Shown here one piece after another: positions 37,568 to 51,703 of a DNA stretch of 64,000 nt (positions within the stretch are counted from its first letter, which is position 1; each line of letters starts with the position of its first letter). The position numbers were made by a program, and so were the translations under genes. The notes under the pieces are model-generated. The model did not search any database. It saw nothing but the letters and a program-made list of their open reading frames with translations, and was not told the DNA's origin. Location of the stretch: contig NC_087251.1 of the NCBI RefSeq assembly GCF_037042905.1, forward strand, positions 14,448,001 through 14,512,000, in the 5' to 3' direction. This stretch comes from Lytechinus pictus. Taxonomy: Eukaryota.

Positions 37568-38961
37568 CACATGCCTAATTCATTTCCCATAGACTCGTGT
37601 GTTACAGTGGCACTTTAAAAAATTCATAAAAAATAAGGAGGAAATTCGAGGGTTGAATGTTTACTACCAGTGGACAGGATATGTCTGACATTCCATATCT
37701 GACCAGAAAAGGGTACCTCGACTGGCTCGATCATTTTAGAAATAAATCGGCATTTATGAAGACTACACCTGACAGGATCAAATTCATCACTTGAGAGAGT
37801 AAAATGGCCCTAATTCTTCTGCCAGTGAAAAAATAGTGCCAAAGTAGTGATATATCTTTCCGATTTGGAAAAAGGAAGTTCAGTAGATACCCTCCCTAGA
37901 ATCAGTGTTAGACTGTCAATCATATTCATTCATTTTTGTCAATCAGCAATATCAAATTTAAAAATTGAGCTTTGGGTTGGCTCGAATGAATACCTGCCAG
38001 TTGTGGTTAGGCCCGTGTGACCACTACCCACAAAGATGATCATTTCCATGCACTAATGCCCCTGCAAAATAAACAACGCTAGAATGAATTAAGATCTAGG
38101 GATAATATATAGGCCAAATGATTTTATTATAAAAAAGTAGCGATAGGCGGGGATTTAGTGATAGAACGTCATTCTGTGGTCTATTGAAACCACTCAAGAT
38201 CAGTGATTGGAGCTAGCTAGCACAGCGTTTTCTATTAAAATAATTTCCGTGATTTTAGTCAACTATAAGTTGTGAAAAGAGAAACATTGATAGTACTTGC
38301 AAAGCATCATTTTTCACTCAGCGAATTCCAGATGACATAAAGCAGCCAGTGATGATAATGAAAAGATGAAGACCCCCTCCCCACCTCCACCACAATCTGG
38401 CAATCTCCATTGTTCACATGCTCCAACCATGGACCTATTACGTAATACGTCCATGCTCCAACGGACCCACAATGCATGTCTAGCAGTAAACAACGATTGA
38501 AGCGTTGAAGGTTGCACGGGCCTAATCACAACTGGCAGGCCAAAGATATTCATTCGAGCCAACCCATTGCTCAATTTTAAATTTGATATTGCTGATTGAC
38601 AAAAAATGAATGAATATGACTGACAATCTAACACTGATTCTATGGAGGGTACCTACTGAACTTACTTTTTCCAAATTGGAAAGATATATCACCACTATGG
38701 AACTATGCTTTTACTGGCGGAAGAATTAGGGTAATTTTACTCTCTCAAGTGATGAATTTGATCCCGTCAGGTGTAGTCTTCATAAATGCTGATTTATTTT
38801 TAAAATGGTACCCTTTTCTGGTCAGATATGGAATGTCAGACATTTATCCTATCCACTGGTAGTAAACATTCAACCCTCGAATTTCCTCCTTATTTTTTTA
38901 TGAATTCTTTTTAAGTGCAACTTTAACACACGAGTCTATGGGAAATGAATTAGGCCTGTGA
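37568..38961. mobile_element. Foldback-like element, ~450-bp inverted arms around a ~490-bp core
   Basis: gcctaattcatttcccatagactcgtgtgtta...tgccagttgtg.ttaggcccgtg (37574-38017) mirrored at ~38515-38956. Confidence 0.9.
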
Positions 38962-39239
38962 GCCCTGAATGACATCTGCACACAGTGATTATATCTTCAC
39001 TGTACATGACAACATTAAAGAACTAATGCATGTATGTTCTTATTCTGGCGGTCAATATAGATTTTCACCACTCTTGTGCCAGTGAACAAGTATTTTGGAT
39101 AGGGAACAGGAGTATTTGAGATTGAGATATACCAAGGTAAGTTTGATTTATTTTCAATCATCCAAAACTGGTATGTATTGATTTGATTATAGCATTTATT
39201 CCATTCATCATAAAAAAAACAAAGCACGTACAAAGTTTA

Positions 39240-40685
39240 CATAAATTACATGGGAAAATTGCAAATAATACAATGATAAAATCTGGGAAACAGTTGAATA
39301 AAAAAAGAGTGTACATAATTTATGAATAAATGAGGAGGCAACTAGAAAGAGAAAGCCTTATTAGCGCTGCCACCTTTACAAAAATCTGGAAACTGAATAT
39401 ATATATGATATTGTAAAATACATGATGTAATAAATACTGAATACCATATATAAACATTGAACATAAAAGGGGGAAATACAAATTATAACACAATGACAAT
39501 ATATATTTGTATATATATCAACGATAATTACTAAAAAAGAAGGGGAAAGAAAAGAAACCTGATCATACATTATTTGAATATTTACTGAGAAGTTGGGTTT
39601 TATATCTCCTTTTAAAAATATTTAATGATGGACTAGATTTAACAGAAATTGTAACTTGTTCCAGATAACGGGTCCTTTGTAAAAGATACAATTCTTTGCT
39701 AAAGAGGTGCATATTTTGGGTATGTGGAAGTCTGAAGATCCTCGCGTATAATAAGAATGAACATCGGCATTGTAACAAAATATTTCTGAGATATTGTTTG
39801 GAATATAGTTTTTGTAACATAAATACATAAAAATGGCAATTTCATAATCAGAGAAATCATAAACATTCAACAAATTTAACTGACTAAGCAGTGGCTTGGT
39901 ATGGGCAAGAAAATTGGCATGTGTAATGATTCTCACTGCTCTGTTTTGTAGCTGGTATAAACGTTGCATTGAATATGAAGTACAGGAACTCCAGGCAATG
40001 TTACAATATCGAAAATACGGTGAAATAATGGAATTATAAATCATTTTAAGAATCTTTTTTGGAAAAAACTTAAACTTGTTTAGGATACCTATACTTTTCG
40101 AAATTTTCATGCAGATGATATCAAAGTGTTCATTAAATGATAACTATCAATAGTCACACCCAGAAATTTCAAAGAAGTACATCTATTAATAATGTTATCA
40201 TTCATAGAAACAACAATATTATTATAATCAATGATCTTGTTAGAAAAAAATCATGTAATGAGTTTTATTAGTGTTTAAAACCAATCTATTGGAGATCAGC
40301 CATGAATTTATTTTATTGATTTCGTTATTAAAATTAATAATCAGATTTGCGATATTAAAATCACTCAAGAACACACTGGTGTCTTCTGCAAATAGTATAT
40401 ATTGAAGAATGCGATATGAATGACAAATGTCATTCATATAAATTTTAAAAAAAGCGGGCCCAGTATGGATCCCTGGGGTACTCCACATCCAATGACCTGT
40501 AAATCAGACTTTTAACTAAGACATATTGCATACGATTTGACAAATAACTTTTAAAAAGATCTAAAAGAACACCTCGTATACCATAATTATTTAATTTATA
40601 TAAAAGAATTGAATGATCTAAAGTATCAAAAGCTTTGCTTAAATCAAGAAATAATCCAATAAATATTTTCTTGTTATCTATTGAA
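39240..40685 (-). mobile_element. Decayed LINE (CR1/L2 group) 3' part, reverse transcriptase pseudogene
   Basis: Frameshifted pieces F.IYMNDI...ILFAEDT, KISKSIGILNK, YCNIAW, LQNRAVRII, GPVIWN. Confidence 0.85.
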
Positions 40686-40794
40686 TATATATTAAAATAA
40701 ATAAATAAATAAATAAATGTATGAATTTATCATAGACCTATGCCATATCGACATCTGTTTGTGAGCTCTCTTCACTGCATAGTACTACATCGGA

Positions 40795-42912
40795 TGATGA
40801 ATAAGCTGCACTAGAATAACAAGCCAATCAGCGTCTTTAATTGATCACATTTATAGTAATATCAACATAACTAGAATCCATGCGGGAATAATTTTCACCG
40901 ATGTATCAGATCATTTACCAACGTCACGAGATTTTGCAGGGAGGAGGATTCAGCCGATGAATATGGCCTATATGCTCATTATCATAGGGACCTATAGTCT
41001 GACTAACGTATGCTATGTTTGAGAGGAAATCAAGTTATCCTCTACTACAAGATAAAACAAAGCACACAATTTTTAAGCATTTTGACAGGGGCGATTTCTG
41101 TGACAGTCTAAATGCATTGGACAGAAAGATGTCGATATGGCACATTATGAATTTATACAGTTATTCCAAGGAGTATGTGATAAACACGCTCCCTTTGTTG
41201 AAACACATTGTAAAAACAAATATAAACCATGGCTAATTACTCCCGGTCTTACTAAAGCAATAAAGAAGTCCATACAAACCAAGCATAAATAATATTCTAA
41301 GGTCATTCGATCTAACCACAATACAAAGTATAAATATATCCTAATGTTTTGACTACTATATAAAAATGCAAAAGGAAATTATCATATAGAGCTGTTTGAG
41401 ACTCATAGGGGAGACACAGGCCGAAAATGGAAGTGGAAATAAGAAAAATCCCAAAAGACACATGTAGATCATCTTATTTAACAGGAGAATAGACCTGACG
41501 TAATCGTCAATTCAGCCCCTGAAATGGCAGAAACCTTCAACGACTTTTTCGTGAACATATAGGTCTAAATGTTAATTGCTAACAAAATTTCAGATGATTC
41601 TAATAAGAAGACTTTTGACTTTTGATAAATAGGCCTATATTAGTAAAGAAGTAAACAATTTTTTTGTTTTGGACACCAATAACACATTTTGAAGTTAGAT
41701 CCCCTTTTCTCCCTCAGCGCACATAAATCATGTGGTTATGATAATATCTCTGCACGCTTGCTGAAGCACTGGCGGATCAGGGGGGGGGGGTCAAAGCCGG
41801 CCCGTGCCCCCCGCCCCCCTTTGAGAGGCACAATCAAAATTTTTAATGTAAAAATGCCATTAAGACGAAAGCAGTTTCCCATCCCCCCTTTGAAAATTAA
41901 GGCTTTTTTTATTGGGGGGGGGGGGGGGGGCTTGTCAAATTTTTTTTCATGGACGAAATACCCTTAATTTGGTTAAAAAAACTTTTTTTTTGCTTGTCAA
42001 TTTTTTCCTCGGGGAATATGTGCCCCCACCCCTTTTCGAAAATCCTGGATCCGCCCCTGTGTTGAAGTATTGCAAGAATACTCTCTTATATATGCAATCT
42101 CTTATGACATGCAAATTTCCAAATAGTTTGAAGATAGCTAAAGTACAGCAGTTTACAAAAAAGGGAAAAGAATATCTCTAGCAATTATCGACCAATTTCC
42201 TTATTGCCTCTACTAGCAAAAGTATTTGAAAATTAGTTGATAAAAGAATACTTTCTTGCCTCGAGAAAAATTATATATTGTGCAAGCATCAATATGGCTT
42301 TCGTAAACAATAAAGTACAAAATTTTCGCTTACAAATTCAATAAGTGATGTTGTAAAATCTATCGATGAGAGTAAACTAACACTTGGTGTTTTCTTAGAT
42401 TTCAAGAAGGCATTTGACACAATTGACCATTCAATTCAACTCAGGGATCTGTTTTAGGTCCAACATTATTTTTTTTATATACATCAATGATTTACCAAGT
42501 TGTACAGAATATGTCAGTTTCACACTATTCGCTGACGATTCGAATTTGTTTCACACTTCTTCAGTGGGGAACTGCGATTGATTTAGACGAAGCAAATAAA
42601 CATCTTGAAACGGCGTCAAATTGGTGTAATGAAAAAAAATTACAATTAATTTATCAAAAACCAAATTACATGATTATTAGCGGGGTCGAAAAGTTATTGA
42701 AATTATGGGACAGCTAAAATTATCAAATACTTCTTTAAATGAAGTTGCTGTTGCGTCATTTGTTGGTTTGGATATTGATAAGCACTTAACATGGATAAGT
42801 CAGATTGAAAAAGTGTACAAGAACATAAGAAAGAAAATTGGTATCATTTATCGTCTAAGAAGCTGTATTCCTCAAAGGAATTTGGTAGTATTGTACAAAA
42901 CTTTTATTCTCC
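40795..42912 (+). mobile_element. Decayed LINE (CR1/L2 group) ORF2 fragments
   Basis: KSCGYDNIS, FPNSLKIAKV, NYRPISLLP, QYGFR, FLDFKKAFDTIDH, QGSVLGP and LFADD recognisable across frameshifts and an internal deletion. Confidence 0.85.
41767..42059. mobile_element. hAT-like MITE inserted in the LINE
   Basis: cactggcggatc ... gatccgcccctg; flanks tgctgaag / tgttgaag (8 bp, one mismatch). Confidence 0.8.
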
Positions 42913-42949
42913 AGATGCCTTATGGCACATACAGGGCCTCCATCCCCTC

Positions 42950-44245
42950 CGCTGAACGTCTCCACCTTTGCCTATTAAAAGCCACAGCACAGATACTGCC
43001 TGACATTGATCCTTTACAATTTGCTTACCAACCACGCAAATCTGTAAATGATGCTGTGTTATTGTTAACACACTTGATTGCCCAGCACGTTGATAAACTT
43101 GGTTGTTATGTTCGTACCGCCTTTGTCGACTTTTCGTCGGCTTTTAACACAATTCAGCCTCACCTACTGATGAATAAGCTAGCTGACACTAATCTAAAAC
43201 CCTCTCTCATATTATGGCTCCACAACTTTCTGACAGAGAGAATTCAAAGTGTAAAACTAAAAGGTGTTTCGTCGAACCCCCTCATTACAAACACAGGTTC
43301 CCCCCAGGGTAGCGTGTTGTCTGCACCATTATTTATTATTTATACCAATGATTGCATCTCATCAAGCGATGACGTAACAATAATCAAATATGCTGACGAT
43401 ACTGCCATCATCGGCATGATTCGTAACAATAACGAAAGTAAATACCGTGAAGAGTTGTTAATGTTTGAGAATTGGTGTGATAATAATTTCTTGGAACTAA
43501 ACACGGCTAAAACAAAGGAGATGATAACAGATTTTCGTACAAACCGAGGTCAGACAAACCCAATTATGTTCAAAGGAGAGGTTATAGAAAATGTTAACAA
43601 CTTTAAGTATTTGGGTACTATAGTTGATAGTGAAATTTCATGGAAGGATCAGTGTCAGTCTCTATATACAAAGGCCCAACAACGATTATACTTTCTTCGG
43701 AAAATGAATTCTTTCAATGTTGATAGAATTTTGTTAAAGCTTTTCTACAAATCAGTGATAGAAAGTGTTATGCTTTTCAGTTGTGTTGTCTGGTTCGGAG
43801 GGTGCAGACAAGAAGACATGAAGAAATTGCAGAAAATAGCCAATTGTGCTGGGAAGATTACTGGAGAAGTGGCAAATGTGACCAATGAATGCGTTCAAGC
43901 AATCTTGAAACAGGCCTCACAGATCATACAAAATAAGGACCACCCCCTCCACTCATGTTATATTCAAATGCGATCTGGAAGGCGGTATAGATCAATGAGG
44001 GCTCGAACATCGCGTTTCCTTCATTCTTTTGTGCCGCTCTCCATTCGAAAATACAACGAACAACTTCAATCAAGCCTGTAATCTTGCCACTTCGTCAGTC
44101 ACCTACTATATTCTCACACATGTATACAATTTACTAATATTACCCTGATACTATCGACTGAAATGAAAGCATTGAATGAGCAATTGTCTATTTATAATGA
44201 TGATTATGATAATAATGATGAATGATAATGATGATAATGATAATT
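42950..44245 (+). mobile_element. 5'-truncated young LINE (Rex1/Babar-like) with uninterrupted RT C-terminal frame
   Basis: DPLQFAYQ, FVDFSSAFNTIQP, TGSPQGSVLS, IIKYADD, LNTAKTKEM, KAQQRLYFLRK, HPLH; stop at 44081, then a 3' UTR and (AAT/GAT)n tail. The 5' junction is approximate. Confidence 0.85.
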
Positions 44246-44247
44246 AA

Positions 44248-47200
44248 CCCTTTGCGTGCGGACCCGCGAATCCCGATACCTCTCCCTGCGGCGGAGCCGT
44301 TTTGGTACATTGCTGGTATTTGGATCTGTGGCGGTGTTTTCCCAATCAATTGCTAATTTCGCCAAACTGATGTATTTTCAGGATTTTTAGTAAATGTAAA
44401 GATGAAAGATCAGACATTTTTCTTTCTAGAAATACAGGTTTCGCTTCTCAAATCAACAGAATAGTTAAGAAATTTATGAGGAAAAAGTCGTGTTATTTTG
44501 TAAAATCTTCGCTTTTTCCCCAAGTCAATAGGCACTGTGTACAAAAATGCGTAAGGGCAATCAGCACGCGCGGACAGGTCGGGTTCGATCGATACCGCTT
44601 TGTTGTCTGCTCTAGTGCTTTTTTTCATAGCCTATTGTCCCGCTACTCATGAATTGTCTCTTTACCTCCTTGTAGAGAGATCATTTGCAAAGTGTATAAT
44701 TACAACGATAATCCGTTTTGGGTGAAATCACAGCATACCAAATACCTTTATTTTACCAGAATGAACAAAAAAGCGCGAATTTTTCCTTGCAAGTGCGATG
44801 ATGATGATTTAACACCGCGCAACGAAAGTCCGAAACTATTTTGTGATTTTTGGGGGACTTCAAGACGGTGGCCTGAACGTTTCACTAAATATCGTCTTTG
44901 GTATCTTTTCATAGATTATGGTTTGTATTTAAAAAAAAATGTTCCTGAAGATTACATACCAATATTCAAAATGTTTTCCGTTGCAATTTCAAAGAGTGAA
45001 GGTGTAAATAAGTTTCAAATTATATAGTGGATCTGAAATCATACCTCCCAACGCTCTCCTCGTCTCGTTCTACATTTCATTTTTCTTTATCTTCTTTTTC
45101 CCTCCAAAATAACCATGCTACCGACTACTGTTCGTCACAATGAGAGAAAGTAAATTATTTTCATCTAATGAAATTGTAACATCTAAATTAAAAGTGTTTT
45201 ATTATGTTCCTCCATTTTATTTTTTTTAACCGTTCTGGGGTTTTTCACAATCAAAAACAAAATTAATAAATAAATCATGAAAGATTTGTATCACTTTTTG
45301 TCTCTTTCTTTTTAATCGTTCAATTAAAACAGTACAGGGGTGTTGGAGTTGGTAGGAGGCGGGAGTCCACCCCCCCCCCCCCCTTCCCCTTCAGGAAACG
45401 TATACAAAAAGGGGAAGTATTTCTTTTTTTTATAAAGTGCTGTCATGCTCAAGAAGAAAACGTTCTTGTCATTTCTTTAGCGCCTGCATGATTTGTCAAT
45501 AAACAAGTAGACATTTACATTGTTTAAATGTTACTGTCGTAATATGAAAAGCAGTATTCCTAAGAGCTTTTTGTACTGCTAAATACGAAAAGCAGTAGGT
45601 CATCCTGACGAAATCACTAATCTTCATTTTATTCAGGGCGATGGCTATTTGTTCCCTGCTCTTTTTATAAGGGATTTGTTTTAGCGTCCACATGACTTTC
45701 TTTTGTTTGGGGAGTGCCGAGATCAAGAACTACAAGGACGTTTTCATTTTCGAAAGAGAAGAGGATAAACGGTGTTCTAAATTGCTTTATTCTCTGTTTA
45801 TTTCCTTTGAAATATAAAGAAGACAAGATGAGATGAAAGATGAGAGAATGAAAGAACGCAGGGGGGGGTTCAAAGTGCACCAGGGGCACTGGAAAGCTAC
45901 TGAAATCATTCTATGTGACTGGCGGATGTTGTTGTTGTTTTTTTTTTTTTTAGGGGGGGGGGTTATTGCGCATTTGTCAATATAAAGTGTAGTAGTCTAC
46001 ATGTATTTAAAAACGGTACCAAGGGATTTTTTTCGTTTTCCCTTTCCCTGGTTTCTAACCTGTAACTGAATGTATTATCTACCGCTTTCATTCCCTTTCC
46101 TAAATCTAATGTATTTCTATATCCCCTCCCCTCTACACCTTTTTTTCCCCTCTTAGTTCTTCTCATTTAAATGATATATGTATCGTCTTCCTTCTCCCCG
46201 ATTTGGATTACGAGGTATACCCGCCCCATCCCCCTCTATCAATTCTCTCTGATTGATTTCTTCTCAGTACCTGTCATTTTACATTACTGCTACCTCTCTC
46301 TCTCCCTTTCTCTCTCTTCATCGGAAATCGTTTCGAGAGTATGCCTCGATTTTGCCAACTTGTATTGATCAGAGATTGTTGCATTTGTGAGCCTCTCATC
46401 CTATTGCATCGTTGCCATCATGTCGAAAATTTAGGGGGGTTTTCTCCCAGATTCTCAAAAAAAGTCCCGAAAAACCTTTTAAAACTACTTCAATATTGTA
46501 ACTGTCATTTCACAATAAATTCTATATCATCTTCCATTTCCAATAACGTGGGTAGATATCTATCGCAAAAGAAAATGCACGGCACGACTAATCTATTTTT
46601 TGTGAACTTGGGGCTTGAGGATATGGCAAGACAGAGGCCTCCATCTTTCACTAAAAATCATTTTTTTAAAGATTTTTTCGTAAATTATATGTCTCATTTA
46701 ATTCGATTTGCCACGCAGCTATTGTAATAGTAAAATTTTCTTCCTGAAGTTTGCGCACCAGTATTCGATTGGTAATATCTTGAAATTATTTCAAAGTTAC
46801 ACGAGTACGAGTGACTAAAATTGTAAATCTGAAATCATGTCTCCCGACTCTCTCCTTGTCACTTCCTATGTTTCTTTCTTTATTTTACTTTTCCCTCCAA
46901 AAGAGCCATGCTAGCAACTACTAAAAGTAAGAGAAATTATTTTTTCTTAAATAAATTATAACATCTGCAATTAAAAGTGTTTTTTATTTGTTCTTTCGTT
47001 TTGTTCTATTTTTTATTTGTCTCCTTGATTTCACAACCAAAAACACATGAAGTAATAATGTTAATAAATAAATCATTAAAACAAATCATAATAGTAATAG
47101 TATGCAGCGCTTAGAAACATTTATATTAAGCGCTATATAAATGTTGCATATTATTATTATTATTATTATTATATAATTCACTTTTGCCTCTATCGTTTTA

Positions 47201-48916
47201 ATCGTTCAATCTAATAGTACAGAAGCGGCGGAGTTGGTAGGAAGTTTCAGTCCTCTCCCCTTCAGCAAACATGTACAAAAAAATCCGAAGTCTATATAAA
47301 TTTTTAATTTTTCTTTTGGCCGGTCCACTCCCTCCAACTATCGGCTCAACCCCTCCATTATCAAAAACGCTCAGCGGCCCCCGTTTTTTATGTAAGAAAT
47401 AAGATAGTTTGGTTTTGATGCTAACCAGGGTAAGCGACCCAAATGTTTGTTTGCAGTAACGGGAACAAAAACGGGTGGGTTGGATTTTTTCTAAATGAAT
47501 CTTTTCTACCACGCTTTTCGCCGGTTAAAAAAAAAAGAAATTGACGAAAAAAAAACAGAAAATCGGAGAGAGGAGACAAACAAGCAATATTAGAGTGCAG
47601 GTCAGAACATTTCTATCTGGAGGGGGAAGGGGTATGTCAAACAAGAATAATAAAAAAAAGTCATCAGTTTGACAAGGGTCTGAGGACCGAGTTGCGACAA
47701 ACAAACGTTGTGGGATTTTTTTTAGTAATCTATAAGCAAATATAAAGTCATGTTGTTATTCGTTTAAGTGGATATTCATGGATTTTAGCAAAGCGCACTT
47801 GTCTATTAACCCTTTTATTCTCTGTCTCTCATTCTCTCTCGTTCTCCGTGACATCTGAACATTTTTTTCCTACAATTTCCCTAATGGTTCTTATTTCATC
47901 CTTATATGCATCATCACCAAGGGAAAGCGCTTTGAATCACTGACGGATGTCATAAGCACCTACTAGTTGTTGGTAAATGAGACAAAGTTTGTTGTTTTTA
48001 GTTCCGGTATGTTGGTCGAAATAAATAAAAGTATTCATAAAAGCTTTTTGTATTGCTAAGTACGAAAAGCATTCAATAAGTCATCCTCTCGATAAACACT
48101 AATCTTCCTTTTGTTCGGGGCGTTGACCATCTGTATCCTGCTCTTTTCGGAAGGATTTTGTTTGAGTGGCCGCCCTGACCTTCTTTTGTTCGGGTAGTGC
48201 GGATATCGTGAAAAACATGGGCGTTTCCCTTTTGAAAAGAGCATAAGATGAATGGTGCGCTAAACTGCTTTCTTTTCTCTTTTTTTTTACAGAATAGTAG
48301 ACAAAAATAATGAGAAGAAGAGAGATGATCGTATTATGGGGAGTGAAAAAGTTCAAAAGTGTACCGAGATCAGCTCAAAGTACTAAGACATTACTCTCGT
48401 ACAAGCTTTTTTGTTTTTCTGAAAATACAATCGATCGATGAAACCGAGGAGATATCATTCTAGAGTGAAATCTCCTTGCTGAAACAAATAATAAGACGAA
48501 AATGGTGAATAAACGCGTAGCTTATTACGTGACGATCTTGCAGAAAAGATGTTGGTGTACGATATGGATCAAATCACGTGATCCAAACATCTCACGTGAT
48601 CAGGCCTTTTGCGCGCGCGTACGTGCTCGTCACCAAATTTATTCGTCCCCGTCTGAATCCAACGAAAAAATCGGGTAAAGTTGAAATGATTTCCTATTTT
48701 CGGGATTTTTCCCCACGTAGCTGTATATTTTTTTCATTCTGTTATCGAAATAGGTTTATAAAGGAAATAATGGCAGAGGTTTTAGTACATAACAATTACG
48801 AAAAAGCTGAAAAAGTTCATCGAATTAGACCAAAAAAATCTCGGCTTCTGTAGAAGCCCGTCGTAGCTAAGTGAACGACTCGCTGGGCTTCTGTGGAAGC
48901 CCGTCGCACGCAAAGG

Positions 48917-48917
<1 letters not shown>
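44248..48917. mobile_element. Non-autonomous piggyBac-like element (4.67 kb)
   Basis: TTAA|ccctttgcgtgcg ... cgcacgcaaaggg|TTAA (13-bp TIR); no transposase ORF seen. Confidence 0.88.
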
Positions 48918-48958
<41 letters not shown>

Positions 48959-49260
48959 TAATAATGATAGGAAAATTATATTAATGATAATAGTAATAAT
49001 AATATTAATAATAATGATAATGACAATGATAATAATGATATTGAAAATAAATAACAATAACAATAATTAAGAGCAAAGTTGTACCGATTTTGAGTGAAAT
49101 TATTTTATATTATGTATTTTCCCCTTATTTGTATGACTGTATGTAGTTTGTTGTATTTCTTTGTATGTTTTTTTTCTGTATATCCTGTAATAATGATAAT
49201 GATAATAGTAATGATTGATTATTGATAATTGTAATAGAAACAATATTAATAATAATAATA

Positions 49261-49300
<40 letters not shown>

Positions 49301-49425
49301 TAATAACAATGACAATAACAATAATAATAATAATAATAATACAATTAATAATAATAATCATAATGATAATAATAAGATTGATAATAATAATAATGATAAT
49401 TATATCAATAATAACGATGATTAAG
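48918..49425. repeat. (AAT)n-type microsatellite blocks within a ~370-bp local duplication
   Basis: AAT runs at 48920-49065 and 49190-49420, each followed by aagag.aaa.tgt.accgattt...gaaattatttt. Confidence 0.9.
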
Positions 49426-50771
49426 AGTAAAATGTTACCGATTTGATTGAAATTATTTTGTATTATGTATTTTTCTTCAAATATGTGTGATTGTATATAT
49501 ATTCTGTAGAATTTATCTTTACGCTTTGATTTTGTATATTTCTGTGTATATGTAAATGCCAACAAGAATATTTCCTAAATGGACAGAATAAAATCAATTC
49601 TCAATTCTCAATTCTATCCACGTCCTCCATCCAGCCAGCGTCCTTTCTTTTTCTACTGTTCGCTGCCAAGTTGTTTTGGGCCTGCCCCTTTTTCTTTTTC
49701 CCTTCTGGTGCCCAGGTCAATGCTGTGTTTCAGATGGTTGCAGGTTCCCTCCTTAGTGTATGCCAAATAAATTGTATTTATTGTCATGAGATAACCAGTC
49801 ACATATTAACGTTCAGAGACGAACAATTTATGAAAACAATCAAAAGAATCTTAAAATTGTTGGTGCATAAAGCTAGAATGCATTGGCGTAATGTGCCATA
49901 AATTTGAAGGGGCTAGATATTGCGTATTGCATATAAGCTACGAGCGAGCAAAGATTTTGATATTTTTAATACAAAAATCAAATTTTGTGATAGATTTTGA
50001 CATAATATTCAGAAAATATTCAGTCTGTCTATTTTCCAATTCTCTCGAGGTACACATAGCAAGCCAAATTGTCTTCTAATCTTATTTCTTCTATCCAATT
50101 CTGTATTTTGAGAAATCGGATACTTGACATAAAAAATAATATTTCGTGTTAACAAAAAGCAGGACAAAAAGACTATTCTTCATATCAAGGGAACATACTA
50201 GCTGGTGAAAAAGAATAGGTGCTTGCCATTGAATCATTCATATCAAAGTGGGACAATTTGCTGAGAAATGTTATGTTTTCCTGTAGTCGGGCTCAATTAC
50301 ATTATGATTTTTACAACGTAAAAATATCCTTGTCTTGAGCGATTCCTTGATAACTCCAGTCTTTACTTCCTAATAGGTTTTACATGTTCCCCTTATCTAA
50401 TTGAAACCTAACTTATTGAGGGAATCCATAATTAAAATTCATTTTTGCCATGTAAGGTTGCTTTCAATCGGCATTGGCCCCTTACTCTGCGGATGCGTTC
50501 AAATATGTTTGGTCTGTTCTCAATAGAATAAAAAATTGCAAAAACAAGCTTCGAACGCCAAATCATGAACATTTTGAAAAGCGCCTCTGTATTTTTATGT
50601 GGGTTTGGACATGCACTCCGATTTGCCATGTACATGTACTTCCGAGGTCAAACTGTCTGAGCTGCCATGTTCAGTGGGGAGGCTTGAATATATAATTGAT
50701 ATAAGAATATAACATAATCGTGTTTGTGTTTTCGTTATGATTTGTTATTTACAATACGAGAACAGTCAATG

Positions 50772-50902
50772 CAGGGGCCGCGGAAGCGGGGGGCTTCAGC
50801 CCACCCACTTTTTTCCAAAAACGTAAAATTGACCATAGGATTGTGTTTTTTCGCATGGTCAGCCCCCCCCCCCCCACTTTGAAAACCGTTCCGCGGCCCC
50901 TG
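50772..50902. mobile_element. Short GC-rich MITE
   Basis: caggggccgcggaa ... ttccgcggcccctg with caatg on both sides. Confidence 0.8.
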
Positions 50903-50929
50903 CAATGAACGTACCCTTTGTCAACAGAG

Positions 50930-51165
50930 TACCGGAAATGGTGGCTCAGTTGTATAGGTCGTGGACTTGGGTTCGATGCCCGGTCGAGTCATTCCAAAGA
51001 CTTTAGAAATTTGAACTTCTGCCTTGTCAAGCGCTCGACGTATTAGAATGGAGAACTGGAGAATGGTAATAATAACACTATTCTATGGAGGGCCCGCTGG
51101 GAAAACAGTTCGTACTTTTATGAGCTGAAGTGGCTACTCTGGGTAGATAAGAACCTTTGTATGCC
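50930..51165 (+). mobile_element. Decayed tRNA-derived SINE
   Basis: A-box tggctcagttg, B-box ggttcgatgcc, followed by ggtcgagtcattccaaagacttta. Confidence 0.6.
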
Positions 51166-51703
51166 TCTTTAAGAATGCCAAATAATCCATTCCTCTGATT
51201 GGTCAAAATTGCGGTCATGTGTTTGACCATGCCTGCAAAACAACAAACTAAGGTGGTTACCAAGGGCAACAACATTTCCAACATTAAATTCAATTACATT
51301 TTAATTGCCGTAATAATAATAAATGATCAATAACTTGATTTAAAATGATGCTTTTTATATGGTCCCGTTGCAGAAAGAGTTAGGATCAGATGCAACTCCA
51401 AATATCAAACTTGACTTTGAACCAATTTTTCAAGTCAAGTGCAAGCCCCTAATATTAAAATATTAGGGGCTTGCGCTTGACTTGAGTTACATTTACATGC
51501 ACCTCTTTCCTGCAACGGGCCTTTGTAGTTGCATAGAGTCTCTGTTTGGTATATACATTAATGTAGATCACTTTAACCCGATGTCATATGACACCAGTGA
51601 CTTTTGAATGTGATGAGGTAAACATTTCCCACTCGAACTTGTTCATGCTCTCGTTTCATTCCTTTGCTCAGACTTTGCGTACCAAGTCTGGATAGCCTCA
51701 GTC

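Noticed and set aside
48782..49565. Poly-I/L/N ORFs
   Set aside because: Translations of (AAT)n microsatellites.
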